Shown here: piece after piece, positions 17,816 to 27,205 of the stretch
Position numbering within the stretch: position 1 is the first letter of the stretch
How the letters are laid out: each line of letters starts with the position of its first letter
Assembly: GCA_028698215.1 (NCBI GenBank)
Contig: JAQVDY010000007.1
Span: 6,579 to 70,578 of the forward strand
Reading direction: 5' to 3'
DNA: 64,000 bases
DNA from: Actinomycetota bacterium
GTDB lineage: Bacteria; Actinomycetota; Humimicrobiia; Humimicrobiales; Humimicrobiaceae
Notes under the pieces: generated by a model
What the model was told of the DNA's origin: nothing
What the model saw: only the letters and a program-made list of their open reading frames with translations
Database searches by the model: none
Position numbers and translations under genes: made by a program

Positions 17816-18784
17816 ATGATTCCAGATAAAATAAAAAAGATACTGGCCACTGAAGATAAAAAGGTGGCTACCAGGGCGGCATATGGTAAGAAGCTGGCTG
17901 AATTAGGACAGGTAAATGAGGATATAGTAGTTCTGGATTGTGATTTATCTAAATCTACCAAAACCAATATTTTTGCTTCCAAGTTTCCGAAAAGATTCTT
18001 TAATTTCGGTATAGCAGAGTCTAATATGATGAGTGCAGCTGCCGGCCTGGCCACCATGGGTAAAATACCTTTTGCTTCCACCTTTGGGGTTTTTGCATCC
18101 AAAAGGGCAGCAGACCAAGTAAGCATATCTGTAGCTTATCCCCGGCTTAATGTAAAGATTTGTGCTACCCATACCGGTATAACTGTAGGTGAGGATGGGG
18201 CTACCCACCAGGCCATAGAAGATGTGGCTATTATGAGGTCCATACCTAATATAGCAGTTATCTCTCCGGCCGATGCTACGGAAACCGAAAAAGCCCTGGA
18301 AGCTGTACTGAAAATAGACGGGCCTTGTTATGTGAGGCTGTGCCGGGGTTCTGCTCCTGTAATATTCAATGATTCCTACCAGTTTGAGCTGGGAAAGGGA
18401 GTAAAAATTTATGAAGGCGATGCTGCTACCATTATTGCTTCCGGGTACACTACCCATATAGCGCTGGAAGCAGCTAAAGAGCTGGAAGGGCAGGCAATAG
18501 AGGTGGAAGTTATAAATATGGGCTCCATTAAACCCATTGACCAAGAACTGATAATAGAAAGCGCTAAAAAAACCGGTTTGGTAATAACAGTAGAAGACCA
18601 TAATGTGATTGGCGGCCTGGGCAGTGCAGTATGTGAAGTTTTAGCACAGAGTCAGCCTACCAAGGTAATAAGGCTGGGGGTACAGGACAAATTCGGAGCT
18701 TCGGGCACTCCCCAGGAACTGATCCAGGCTTATGGGTTTGACAAGGAAAGCATTATAAAGACAGTAAAGGACAATATTGGCTAA
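17816..18784 (+). CDS. Transketolase C-terminal subunit (second copy)
   Basis: Start ATG 17816, 5 nt after AAGGAG; the track GTG 17810 sits inside the RBS. FGIAESNM, GATHQ, C-terminal domain. Confidence 0.85.
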   Translation: MIPDKIKKILATEDKKVATRAAYGKKLAELGQVNEDIVVLDCDLSKSTKTNIFASKFPKRFFNFGIAESNMMSAAAGLATMGKIPFASTFGVFASKRAADQVSISVAYPRLNVKICATHTGITVGEDGATHQAIEDVAIMRSIPNIAVISPADATETEKALEAVLKIDGPCYVRLCRGSAPVIFNDSYQFELGKGVKIYEGDAATIIASGYTTHIALEAAKELEGQAIEVEVINMGSIKPIDQELIIESAKKTGLVITVEDHNVIGGLGSAVCEVLAQSQPTKVIRLGVQDKFGASGTPQELIQAYGFDKESIIKTVKDNIG

Positions 18785-20291
18785 TTTGGATATCCAAAAA
18801 TTCAGGGCAGATGCCCAGGCTTTTCTTTCCAGAAGTGATAAAGAATATTATCTGCATTTTTCCGGCAGGAAAGATAGCCTGGAGACCGCTTCTATATTCG
18901 ATAAGTACAGCTGGCTGTTTACGGTTTCCAATATGCAGTATCTGCAGCAAAAAAAACAGCAGGAAGCAGGGCAGAGCCGAAAGAAGTATTCCTATCTTTT
19001 AAAATTTTGTACTGAATACCTTTTGGAGAAATCACTGCAGCAGCTTAGACAGCAGATTGCCCTGGATGAGGCTGCGGCCAGGGTAAACATTGATGGCAAA
19101 GATATGCCTTTCAGGTTCCTGGAGGTAATGCTGGCCAATGAGCCTGATAAAGCCAGGCGGGATCACATAGAAAAACTAAGGAATGACAAAATAGAAGAAG
19201 CTTTAAACCCTAATCTGTACCAGTACTGGGAGGAGGTTCATCAGCAAGCCAGGCAGTTTGGTTTTGACAGCTATAGCCATCTTTTTTCTTATCTGCTGGA
19301 GCAAGATTTTGACCTGCTTCAGGCGGGTATGAAAAAACTGCTGTCAGAAACCCACCAGTTATACCAGAACCATTTCGGCCAGTTGCTGTATCAGGAATTG
19401 GGTATAAACCTGGGCCAATCTGCCAGGAGTGATTTTATATACCTGAAACGGGGCCAGAAATATGACCCCTATTTTAGCACCCATAAAATGATAGGTTTGT
19501 TTTCAGAAACCCTTAAACAGCTGGGTATAGATATATATAGCCAAAAAAATATTATATTTGATATAGAAAAAAGAAAAAATAAGTCCCCCCGTGCTTTTTG
19601 CTGTACAGTAAGAATCCCTGATGAAATCTACCTGGTAGTTATGCCCAGTGGAGGCCAGGATGATTATGAAGCCATGTTTCATGAGGGAGGCCATGCCCAG
19701 CATTTTGCCCATACATCAGAAAACCTGGATTTTGAGTACAAATTTTTAGGGGATAATGCAGTTACTGAAGGTTATGCCTTTTTACTTGAGTCTTTGCTGC
19801 AGAACAGGTATTGGCTGGCAGACTTTGCCGGCATGGGTGACCAAACCGCTAAGCAGTTCTCCTATTACAGCAATCTGTTAAAATTATGGTACTGCCGGAG
19901 ATATGCCGGAAAGCTGGAGTATGAGCTTCTGCTTCATGATGGCAGCCCTATCCAGGGACGGCAGCAACAATATAGCCATATACTGGGGGAGGCCTGCGGG
20001 ATGGATTATCACCCATCAAGCTATTTGACCGATGTGGATACGGGTTTCTACTGTACCAACTATATTAGGGCCTGGGCGTTTCAGGCACAGCTGGGCCATT
20101 ACTTGGTTACCAAATTTGGAAATAAATGGTTTAAAAGCAATAAAGCGGGTAACTTTTTAAAGGAGGTATGGGGTTCAGGGCAGAAGTATGATGCAGACCA
20201 GGTGCTTGGCCAGCTGGGGTTGGGCCGGCTTGATTTGGACTACCTTATAGGTTCCCTGGTAGACAGTATCAATCAATATGAAGAATTATAA
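18777..20291 (+). CDS. HExxH zinc metallopeptidase, M3 (oligoendopeptidase F)-like
   Basis: 504 aa; FHEGGHAQH followed about 25 residues later by a Glu (TEGYAF), the gluzincin pattern. TTG start overlaps the tktC stop, AAGGA RBS. Confidence 0.5.
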   Translation: MANLDIQKFRADAQAFLSRSDKEYYLHFSGRKDSLETASIFDKYSWLFTVSNMQYLQQKKQQEAGQSRKKYSYLLKFCTEYLLEKSLQQLRQQIALDEAAARVNIDGKDMPFRFLEVMLANEPDKARRDHIEKLRNDKIEEALNPNLYQYWEEVHQQARQFGFDSYSHLFSYLLEQDFDLLQAGMKKLLSETHQLYQNHFGQLLYQELGINLGQSARSDFIYLKRGQKYDPYFSTHKMIGLFSETLKQLGIDIYSQKNIIFDIEKRKNKSPRAFCCTVRIPDEIYLVVMPSGGQDDYEAMFHEGGHAQHFAHTSENLDFEYKFLGDNAVTEGYAFLLESLLQNRYWLADFAGMGDQTAKQFSYYSNLLKLWYCRRYAGKLEYELLLHDGSPIQGRQQQYSHILGEACGMDYHPSSYLTDVDTGFYCTNYIRAWAFQAQLGHYLVTKFGNKWFKSNKAGNFLKEVWGSGQKYDADQVLGQLGLGRLDLDYLIGSLVDSINQYEEL

Positions 20292-20312
20292 TTATCTGAG
20301 GAAGGTAGCAGT

Positions 20313-20834
20313 ATGGATTTAAAAAAAATAATAAGAAGTATTCCTGATTTTCCTAAAAAGGGGGTAGTATTCAGAGATATAACTCCCTTGCTAAGGGACG
20401 GCCAGGCCTTCAGGCATTCAGTGGATTTGATGGCAGACCACTACAGTGGAGTTAAGATAGATGCTATTCTGGGGGCGGAAGCCCGGGGTTTTGTTTTTGG
20501 AGCAGCTATGGCCTATAAACTGGGGGTAGGCTTTATTCCTATTAGAAAACCGGGTAAGCTTCCTTATAACACCTGCCAGGTGTCCTATTCTTTAGAATAC
20601 GGTGAAAACATCCTGGAGATGCATACTGATGCCATTAAGCCGGGAGACCATGTACTGATTGTAGATGACCTGGTAGCCACTGGGGGAACAGCCAAGGCCA
20701 AGGCAGAGCTGGTGGAGAGGATGAAGGGTGTAGTGATAGGTTTTTGCTTTTTAATTGAGCTTAAATTTTTAAACCCAAGAAAAATGCTTGGGGGTTATGA
20801 TATATTTTCAATAATCGAATATGAATCTGAATAG
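20313..20834 (+). CDS. apt: Adenine phosphoribosyltransferase
   Basis: 173 aa; FPKKGVVFRDITPL, VDDLVATGGT PRPP-binding motif. Confidence 0.9.
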   Translation: MDLKKIIRSIPDFPKKGVVFRDITPLLRDGQAFRHSVDLMADHYSGVKIDAILGAEARGFVFGAAMAYKLGVGFIPIRKPGKLPYNTCQVSYSLEYGENILEMHTDAIKPGDHVLIVDDLVATGGTAKAKAELVERMKGVVIGFCFLIELKFLNPRKMLGGYDIFSIIEYESE

Positions 20835-20842
20835 TCAGGGGG

Positions 20843-21235
20843 GTGAGTTTTTTGGCTAAGCAAGACCAAAAAAAGAATAGTGGTAATGGCGAAGACACTG
20901 AAGCAAAGAAAGAGTTTAAAGATACCGCACAGAAGGATGAGCAGCAGGAACAGGAAGAAGTTTTAAGGCAGCTGCAGGAAGAGATAGACAAGCTGGGTAC
21001 CAAAGACATACTGGTGCAGATGATGATGTCTGTTTCCAGCTTGGCTTATAAGAAAATGGGTTTGCCTCAAGGCACCAATGACCGTTTTAAAGACCAGGGT
21101 GATGCCAAACTGGCTGTGGATGCTTTCAGTTCCCTGTTAAAAGTCCTGGATGATGAGCTATCGGCTGAGGAAAGGGAGAACCTAAACTCATCTCTTTCCA
21201 ACCTGCAGCTCAATTTTGTTAAAATATTCAAATAA
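20843..21235 (+). CDS. Hypothetical acidic Glu/Gln-rich protein
   Basis: 130 aa, GTG start after a GGGGGG RBS; low-complexity E/Q-rich N-terminus; no recognisable motif. Confidence 0.4.
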   Translation: MSFLAKQDQKKNSGNGEDTEAKKEFKDTAQKDEQQEQEEVLRQLQEEIDKLGTKDILVQMMMSVSSLAYKKMGLPQGTNDRFKDQGDAKLAVDAFSSLLKVLDDELSAEERENLNSSLSNLQLNFVKIFK

Positions 21236-21247
21236 GGCCAGCTGCAT

Positions 21248-21742
21248 TTATGTGATGAGTTCCAAGGCCAGCTTTACTGCTTCTTGGGGAGAAGCAGTAG
21301 TATACAGGTTAGGCTTTTGATGATTAAAAGGCTCAATTTTCCAGGTGTTTAACCCTACCAGGGGCTTTTTAAAGGTAATGGCGTAACCTATTTCAGATAA
21401 AGTCCCCTCAGTCCCATCAATGGCTATTACTGCATCTCCGGATAATACTACCAGGGAATTCCTGGCATAACCCAATCCGGTGGGTATGGCCAGGTCTACC
21501 CAGGGATTGGCCGTTTCCTTATCAGTGGAAGGGAGAATGCCCATAGTTATGCCTCCTGCATCTTTGGCACCCCGGCAGGCCGCTTCCATTACTCCGCCCA
21601 GCCCTCCGCATACCAGCAGGGCGCCGCTGCGGGCAATCAGTTGTCCCACTTGGTAGGCTGTTTGGTAGACTGGGCCGTCCTTTTCAATTTTATTTCCGCC
21701 GATAACCGATATCTTTTTTAGATTTCTTAATGTTTCAGGCAT
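21248..21742 (-). CDS. LOG-family / TIGR00725-type Rossmann-fold nucleotide-binding protein
   Basis: 164 aa; CGGLGGVMEAACRGA (LOG GGGxGxMEA motif) and GTLSE motif. Confidence 0.65.
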   Translation of the reverse strand: MPETLRNLKKISVIGGNKIEKDGPVYQTAYQVGQLIARSGALLVCGGLGGVMEAACRGAKDAGGITMGILPSTDKETANPWVDLAIPTGLGYARNSLVVLSGDAVIAIDGTEGTLSEIGYAITFKKPLVGLNTWKIEPFNHQKPNLYTTASPQEAVKLALELIT

Positions 21743-21906
21743 AATCAGGCACCTTTAAGTAGATTTTTAATCAGTTTAAACCCAATAGAGAAATATGTCA
21801 GCATAATTTTTGGGTTATTTTATATTTGTGGGGGATTGATTAAATTTGGTTTTTATTATTGCCATATATTGGATAAAATAATTATTAAAATATAAAGGGG
21901 GATATC

Positions 21907-22398
21907 ATGGAAGCTTTGATACTTTATGCGACCAGGTATGGGTGTACACAGAAATGTGCCAATCAACTGGCCCAAAAACTGGGGGAGGGGGCAGAAGTAA
22001 TAAATTTGGCTGCAAAGAAAGTGATAGATTTAAGCCCCTACCCACTGGTAATTTTGGGCGGCTCTATTACTGCCGGTAAGATTAATAAAGAAATAACTGG
22101 TTTTGTAAATAAAAACCTGGACCAGCTGCTTGCAAAAAAAATTGGATTATTCTTATGCTGCCTGGAGCAGGGCGAGAAGGCAGAAAAGCAGATGGAAGAA
22201 GGTTTTGGCGCCCCTCTTACCCAGCATGCGGAGGCCAAGGGATTTTTGGGGGGAGAGATAGATTTAAACAAACTCAATTTTGTATTCAGGGGCATAATAA
22301 AAAAGATGCTAAAAACTGATCAAAATGTCTCCAGCCTTTCCCCCGAGAAACTGGATAATTTTGCTGTATCCATAAGGGAATCAATAGACAATAAGTAG
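21907..22398 (+). CDS. Flavodoxin-like protein
   Basis: 163 aa; N-terminal ILYATRYGCTQK FMN phosphate-binding loop; strong AAAGGGGG RBS. Confidence 0.55.
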   Translation: MEALILYATRYGCTQKCANQLAQKLGEGAEVINLAAKKVIDLSPYPLVILGGSITAGKINKEITGFVNKNLDQLLAKKIGLFLCCLEQGEKAEKQMEEGFGAPLTQHAEAKGFLGGEIDLNKLNFVFRGIIKKMLKTDQNVSSLSPEKLDNFAVSIRESIDNK

Positions 22399-22776
22399 AT
22401 GGCTAAAGAAAAGAAGTGGGTTAAATATGTGGTACTGTCTTCAGGTACTTTTTGCTTAGGCTTGGGAATAGCAGGAATTTTTTTACCCATACTGCCTACC
22501 ACCCCTTTTTTGCTGGTAGCAGCTGCCTGTTATGCCAAGGGGTCGCGTAAGTTCTATGTCTGGCTGATGGGAAACCGCCTATTAGGCGGGTATATAAAAA
22601 ATTACCGGGAAAAAAAGGGCATGGAAGCTAAGGCCAAAGTAATTATCCTGTTGCTGTTGTGGGCCACCATACTCAGCTCAGCATTTTTAGCTGTTGGCAA
22701 CTGGTGGGTAAGGGCAATACTGCTGGCTGTAGCTGTAGCAGTTACGGTTCACCTGCTAATGCTTAAGACACTTTAA
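22399..22776 (+). CDS. YbaN/DUF454-family inner-membrane protein
   Basis: 125 aa; GIAGIFLPILPTTPFLLVAAACYAKGS signature, 3-4 TM helices. Confidence 0.7.
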   Translation: MAKEKKWVKYVVLSSGTFCLGLGIAGIFLPILPTTPFLLVAAACYAKGSRKFYVWLMGNRLLGGYIKNYREKKGMEAKAKVIILLLLWATILSSAFLAVGNWWVRAILLAVAVAVTVHLLMLKTL

Positions 22777-22805
22777 AAAAGTAAGGAATGTAATAAGGAG
22801 AAAAA

Positions 22806-23306
22806 ATGGATGCCGAAAAATTTGAGCGAAAAGTAACCAGGCAAATGGAAGATTATTTCAGCCAATATCCCCAGCATATTGAACATACAAAGAGAGTGCT
22901 GGGTTATGCTAAACAAATAATGAATGCTGAAGGCGGAGACAGCACCGTAATAACGGCTGCTGCCCTACTGCATGATATAGGGCTGCTGGAAAGTAAACGA
23001 AAATATGGTTCTTATGCCGGCAAATATCAACAGATAGAAGGACCTCCTATTGCCCGTAAATTTTTAGAAGAGGCGGATGCCTCGCCAGAATTAATTGATG
23101 AAGTTTGTGCTATAGTGGGCAGCCACCATACCAGGGGGGTAATCAATACTACAAACTTCCATGTTATCTGGGATGCTGACTGGCTAGTAAATTTTGCTAC
23201 CCTGCATGGTAAGGAAAGCCAACAAAAGAAGGCCGAACTCATAGATAAGCTGCTTATTACCGAAACCGGTAAAAAAATGGCCAGGAATATATACCTGTCC
23301 AGCTAA
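22806..23306 (+). CDS. HD-domain phosphohydrolase
   Basis: 166 aa; H...HDIG...HH pattern; no GYP motif, so not HD-GYP. Confidence 0.65.
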   Translation: MDAEKFERKVTRQMEDYFSQYPQHIEHTKRVLGYAKQIMNAEGGDSTVITAAALLHDIGLLESKRKYGSYAGKYQQIEGPPIARKFLEEADASPELIDEVCAIVGSHHTRGVINTTNFHVIWDADWLVNFATLHGKESQQKKAELIDKLLITETGKKMARNIYLSS

Positions 23307-23342
23307 TCATTTTTAGCTGTTAATAGTATTGGGGGGGATGGT

Positions 23343-25031
23343 ATGAATGAATATATCCAGTGTAAAAATATAAATATTGATGCAGACAAACTGGCGGAAA
23401 AAATTTTGGATTACCAGTACCAAATACAGAAGGATCTGGGTGGGCGCTATTCTGCAAGGGACCGGCAGCTCTGTCTCAGGGATATCAAATACCACCTTAA
23501 TTACCTATGCAGCTCTGTTGCTTTTGACAGCATAACCTTATTTGAGGATTATATAGATTGGGCAAGGGTGTTGCTGGGGGGATACGGTCTTCCCCCCAGG
23601 GACCTGGCAAATAACCTGGAAAGCATGAAAAAGGTGCTTTCTGAAGAGCTGCCTGCTGATATCAGGGACAAGGTTGCCTATTTTCTGCAGCAGGGCCAAA
23701 AAAGGATAAAAACCAATACCGGTAAGGTAGATTCTTTTTTAAGCACCAAGCAGCAGCACAGCCGGATTTTAAACCAGTATTTCCAAGCCCTTTTAGCCTG
23801 GAAAAAAGAGGAAGCGCTATTTGTGGTTATGGAAGCCTTAAAAAAGCAAGTTAGCATAAAGGATCTTTACTTGAAAGTATTCCAGCCAGCCCAATATGAG
23901 CTGGGAAGGCTGTGGCAGAGGGGGGAAATAGATGTAGCGGGGGAGCATTATGGTACTGCCCTTACCCAATTTATAATGTCACAGCTCTATCCCCGCATAC
24001 TTTCTACTGCTAAAACAGGAAGGGTGTTTATAGGCACCTGTATTAACGGTGAGCAGCATGAAATAGGCATGAGGATGGTTACTGATTTACTGGAATATGA
24101 AGGCTGGGACACTTACTATCTGGGTGCAAATACCCCTGCCGGCAGTATTTTAGGGAAAATTAAAACCCTTAAACCTGATTTGGTAGGGATATCAGCTACC
24201 ATGCTGTTTAATGTGGGAAGCGTATATGAACTGATTGTCCAGATAAGGGATAGTAACCGTAATGTAAAGATAATAGTGGGTGGTTATCCCTTCCGGCAGG
24301 ACAAGGATTTGTGGAAATCCATTGGGGCTGATGGCTGTGCTGCGGATCTAGATAAAGTGGTAGAGATATGCAGCCGACTGGTCAAAGGGCCCCGCCTGGC
24401 ATCTTTTACCGCTCCTAAAATGGAATTTAGTTCAAACCAGACTAAAATTGAAGATTACCCCAGCCCCCACAGCAAGTTGTTTGCCCTCAACAATGAACTT
24501 ATAAACATGCAGAGACAGCTAAGCAAGAAAAACATACAGCTGGATCAGCTAAACCAAAAACTTGAATTGATTTCCATGCAGGATTCCCTGACCCAACTCT
24601 ATAACCGCCGTTATTTTTACCAATCCATAAAGCAGGAAATAAACAGGGCTGACCGGATAGGATACAGGCTGGTTCTGGTATTGGCAGATTTGAATAATTT
24701 CAAACAAATAAATGATGTTCTGGGACATAAGGCAGGGGATAACCTGTTGATAGGGCTGGCCCATATTTTGCAGCAAAATTTAAGAAAAGGGCTGGATACT
24801 GCCTATCGCTGGGGAGGGGACGAATTTTTGCTTACCATGTCTAATACAAGCAAAAGCCAAGCCTGGCAGGTTATGGCCAGGATTGATGAAAAATTAAGAA
24901 AAAAGAATAGTACCGTGTCCCTAGCCTGGGGGATAATAGAGATTAATAGCAAAAACTTGGATAAAATAGATGAGTTTATCAAAAAAGCTGATGGAATGAT
25001 GTATGAGCATAAGAAAAAGGTTAAGGGCTAG
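23343..25031 (+). CDS. CarH-like cobalamin-binding (B12-binding_2 plus B12-binding) sensor fused to a GGDEF diguanylate cyclase
   Basis: 562 aa; W-x9-EH (WQRGEIDVAGEHY) and DxHxxG-type (GEQHEIGMRMV) cobalamin motifs, coiled-coil linker, intact RWGGDEF active site. Confidence 0.8.
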   Translation: MNEYIQCKNINIDADKLAEKILDYQYQIQKDLGGRYSARDRQLCLRDIKYHLNYLCSSVAFDSITLFEDYIDWARVLLGGYGLPPRDLANNLESMKKVLSEELPADIRDKVAYFLQQGQKRIKTNTGKVDSFLSTKQQHSRILNQYFQALLAWKKEEALFVVMEALKKQVSIKDLYLKVFQPAQYELGRLWQRGEIDVAGEHYGTALTQFIMSQLYPRILSTAKTGRVFIGTCINGEQHEIGMRMVTDLLEYEGWDTYYLGANTPAGSILGKIKTLKPDLVGISATMLFNVGSVYELIVQIRDSNRNVKIIVGGYPFRQDKDLWKSIGADGCAADLDKVVEICSRLVKGPRLASFTAPKMEFSSNQTKIEDYPSPHSKLFALNNELINMQRQLSKKNIQLDQLNQKLELISMQDSLTQLYNRRYFYQSIKQEINRADRIGYRLVLVLADLNNFKQINDVLGHKAGDNLLIGLAHILQQNLRKGLDTAYRWGGDEFLLTMSNTSKSQAWQVMARIDEKLRKKNSTVSLAWGIIEINSKNLDKIDEFIKKADGMMYEHKKKVKG

Positions 25032-25893
25032 TATAGCTTTAGGCCTGTTAATGCTGCTGGCCAGCATTCTCATAGGGGGAAATGCCTGCAGCCAGGCTAA
25101 GCTTGCCCCAAAGTTAAAAGTAGTAACCACTATTTATCCTATCTATGATATAACTAAAAATTTGGCAGGGGATAACCTGGAAGTGGTTTGTATAATACTG
25201 CCTGGTGAAAGCCCCCACACCTTTGAGATAACCCCGGAAAGGGTTAAGCAGCTACAGGGGGCAAAATTAGCATTTAAGGTAGGCCTGGGCCTGGATGACT
25301 GGCTGGATGATACTATTAGCAGCCTGGGCCTGGGCATCCAGGTGCATAATTTACATCAGGGCATAGACCTGATAGAAGACAAGGGTGCTGCCAATCCCCA
25401 TATATGGCTGTCATTGGTAAATGCCCAAACCATAGTGGAAAATATAAGTGAAAGGCTGACTGGTAGTTTTCCGCAGTTTAAAGATGAATTTGAGCAAAAC
25501 CAACAGATTTATATGGAAAACCTGCAAGAAATGGATGCTGGATTTAAAGATGAAGCCGCAAATTTTAGCCAAAGTCAGTTTATAGCTTTTCATGATGCAT
25601 GGAGCTATATGGCCAGGGACCTGGACTTGGAGCAGGTAATGTCGGTAGAGCCTTTCCCCGGCAAAGAGCCTGCCCCCCAGTATATTATAGAACTGTATGA
25701 AACCATACAGCAGTACCAGCTGGACACTATATTCATTGAGCCCCAACTGTCAACTGATGTGGTGAACTATTTGTCTGAAGACCTGGGGCTGGAAGTAAAA
25801 GTATTGGACCCCTTAGGGGGAACCGGGGGCAGGGATTCCTACCTGGAGCTCATGGATTATAATTTCCAACAGCTAAAATATGCTTTAAAGTGA
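25003..25893 (+). CDS. Metal (Zn/Mn) ABC-transporter substrate-binding lipoprotein, ZnuA/TroA family
   Basis: 296 aa; signal peptide with Cys; cluster-9 SBP layout with His-rich region (ESPHTFE, HIW); no permease or ATPase genes adjacent. Confidence 0.75.
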   Translation: MSIRKRLRASIALGLLMLLASILIGGNACSQAKLAPKLKVVTTIYPIYDITKNLAGDNLEVVCIILPGESPHTFEITPERVKQLQGAKLAFKVGLGLDDWLDDTISSLGLGIQVHNLHQGIDLIEDKGAANPHIWLSLVNAQTIVENISERLTGSFPQFKDEFEQNQQIYMENLQEMDAGFKDEAANFSQSQFIAFHDAWSYMARDLDLEQVMSVEPFPGKEPAPQYIIELYETIQQYQLDTIFIEPQLSTDVVNYLSEDLGLEVKVLDPLGGTGGRDSYLELMDYNFQQLKYALK

Positions 25894-25998
25894 GCAAAAA
25901 GCATTGCTTGACAATTATACTACCCATTATATTATTAAGTTGTATAATATTATTGATATAATATTATATTATTTACTTATAATAATTATAAAAATAAG

Positions 25999-27150
25999 AT
26001 GAGAAAAATCTCCATTATTTTAGTAATATCCATTATGGCATCCTTGCTGGTTATGGCTCCCTCTAACCTATGGGGGGAAAACCTGGAGGATAAGCTGGAG
26101 CAGGTACAAAAAGAAAAAGAAAGCACCAGCAAGCAGCTGGAACAGGAAAAGATAAAGGAGCAGCAGTACCTGGAACAGATTGATTCTATAGAAGATGAGA
26201 TGCTGGCGGTTCTGGATGAGATTGAGCATTTAAACCACCAGTTGGATGAATTGGAAATAGAGATAAACAAAAGCAATTTGGAGCTGGAAATTAAAGAAAA
26301 GGAACTGGTTCAGACCGAGCAGGAGCTTCAGGAAAAGGTAGCCCTTTTAAATGGAAGGGTATCCAATATTTATAAAAATAAGAATTTAACCTTTATACAA
26401 GCCATCATAAATTCAGAAAGCTTCCTTGATTTTCTGTCCAAATTAAAAATGATGACATTGATTGCCGAACAGGATGCCCAGGTGGTGCAGGAAATAAAAA
26501 TAAAGAGGCAGGCTATTATAAATATTAAAAACGCTATTTTACAGTTAAGCCAGGTTTTAGAAGTACAAAAGCAGGACCTGGAAAACCTGATACAAGTAAA
26601 AGAGGGTAAAAAGGTAGATTTAGAGGAAATCTATGAGCAAAAGAAGAGCTTGCTGTCTGAAACTATTGCCCATAAGAGTACCCTGCTGGCCATGGAAAAA
26701 CAGCTGGCAGCTAAAGAGGCTGAAATCAAGAAGACCCTGGAAAGCTATCGTTACGGAAACGCTCCCAGCGGAAGGTTCGCCTGGCCCACCAACGGCATAC
26801 TTACTTCCGGGTTCGGATATAGAAGCAGCCCGGTATTTGGGGCCACCCGGTTCCATTCAGGCATTGATATTGGCTGCGATACGGGAACCCCGGTGATTGC
26901 TGCTGAGGGGGGACAAGTGGTACAGACCGCCCATATAGGTGGTTATGGTTTATCGGTGCTCATATACCATGGGGGAGGAGTGGCTACCTTTTATGCCCAC
27001 TTGTCAGGGTTTGCAGTGTCCGGAGGCCAGACAGTAAAAAGAGGCCAGGTGATTGGCTATGTAGGCACCACCGGTTGGACCACCGGCCCCCATCTTCATT
27101 TTGAGGTCAGGGTAAACGGAGTCCCCCAGGACCCCCGTAAATACTTATAA
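25999..27150 (+). CDS. M23-family peptidase with N-terminal coiled coil (EnvC-like murein hydrolase activator / DD-metalloendopeptidase)
   Basis: 383 aa; signal peptide, long coiled coil, C-terminal M23 domain (HSGIDIG, HLHFEV). Confidence 0.8.
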   Translation: MRKISIILVISIMASLLVMAPSNLWGENLEDKLEQVQKEKESTSKQLEQEKIKEQQYLEQIDSIEDEMLAVLDEIEHLNHQLDELEIEINKSNLELEIKEKELVQTEQELQEKVALLNGRVSNIYKNKNLTFIQAIINSESFLDFLSKLKMMTLIAEQDAQVVQEIKIKRQAIINIKNAILQLSQVLEVQKQDLENLIQVKEGKKVDLEEIYEQKKSLLSETIAHKSTLLAMEKQLAAKEAEIKKTLESYRYGNAPSGRFAWPTNGILTSGFGYRSSPVFGATRFHSGIDIGCDTGTPVIAAEGGQVVQTAHIGGYGLSVLIYHGGGVATFYAHLSGFAVSGGQTVKRGQVIGYVGTTGWTTGPHLHFEVRVNGVPQDPRKYL

Positions 27151-27205
27151 TTTTGCCATTAGTAAGGTTTGTTATAAAATAGTCTAAAAAGTCAGGAGTA
27201 TAATT

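Noticed and set aside
22806-23306. HD-GYP c-di-GMP phosphodiesterase upstream of the GGDEF gene
   Set aside because: The HD domain lacks the GYP motif and the extended HD-GYP region. Called as a generic HD phosphohydrolase.
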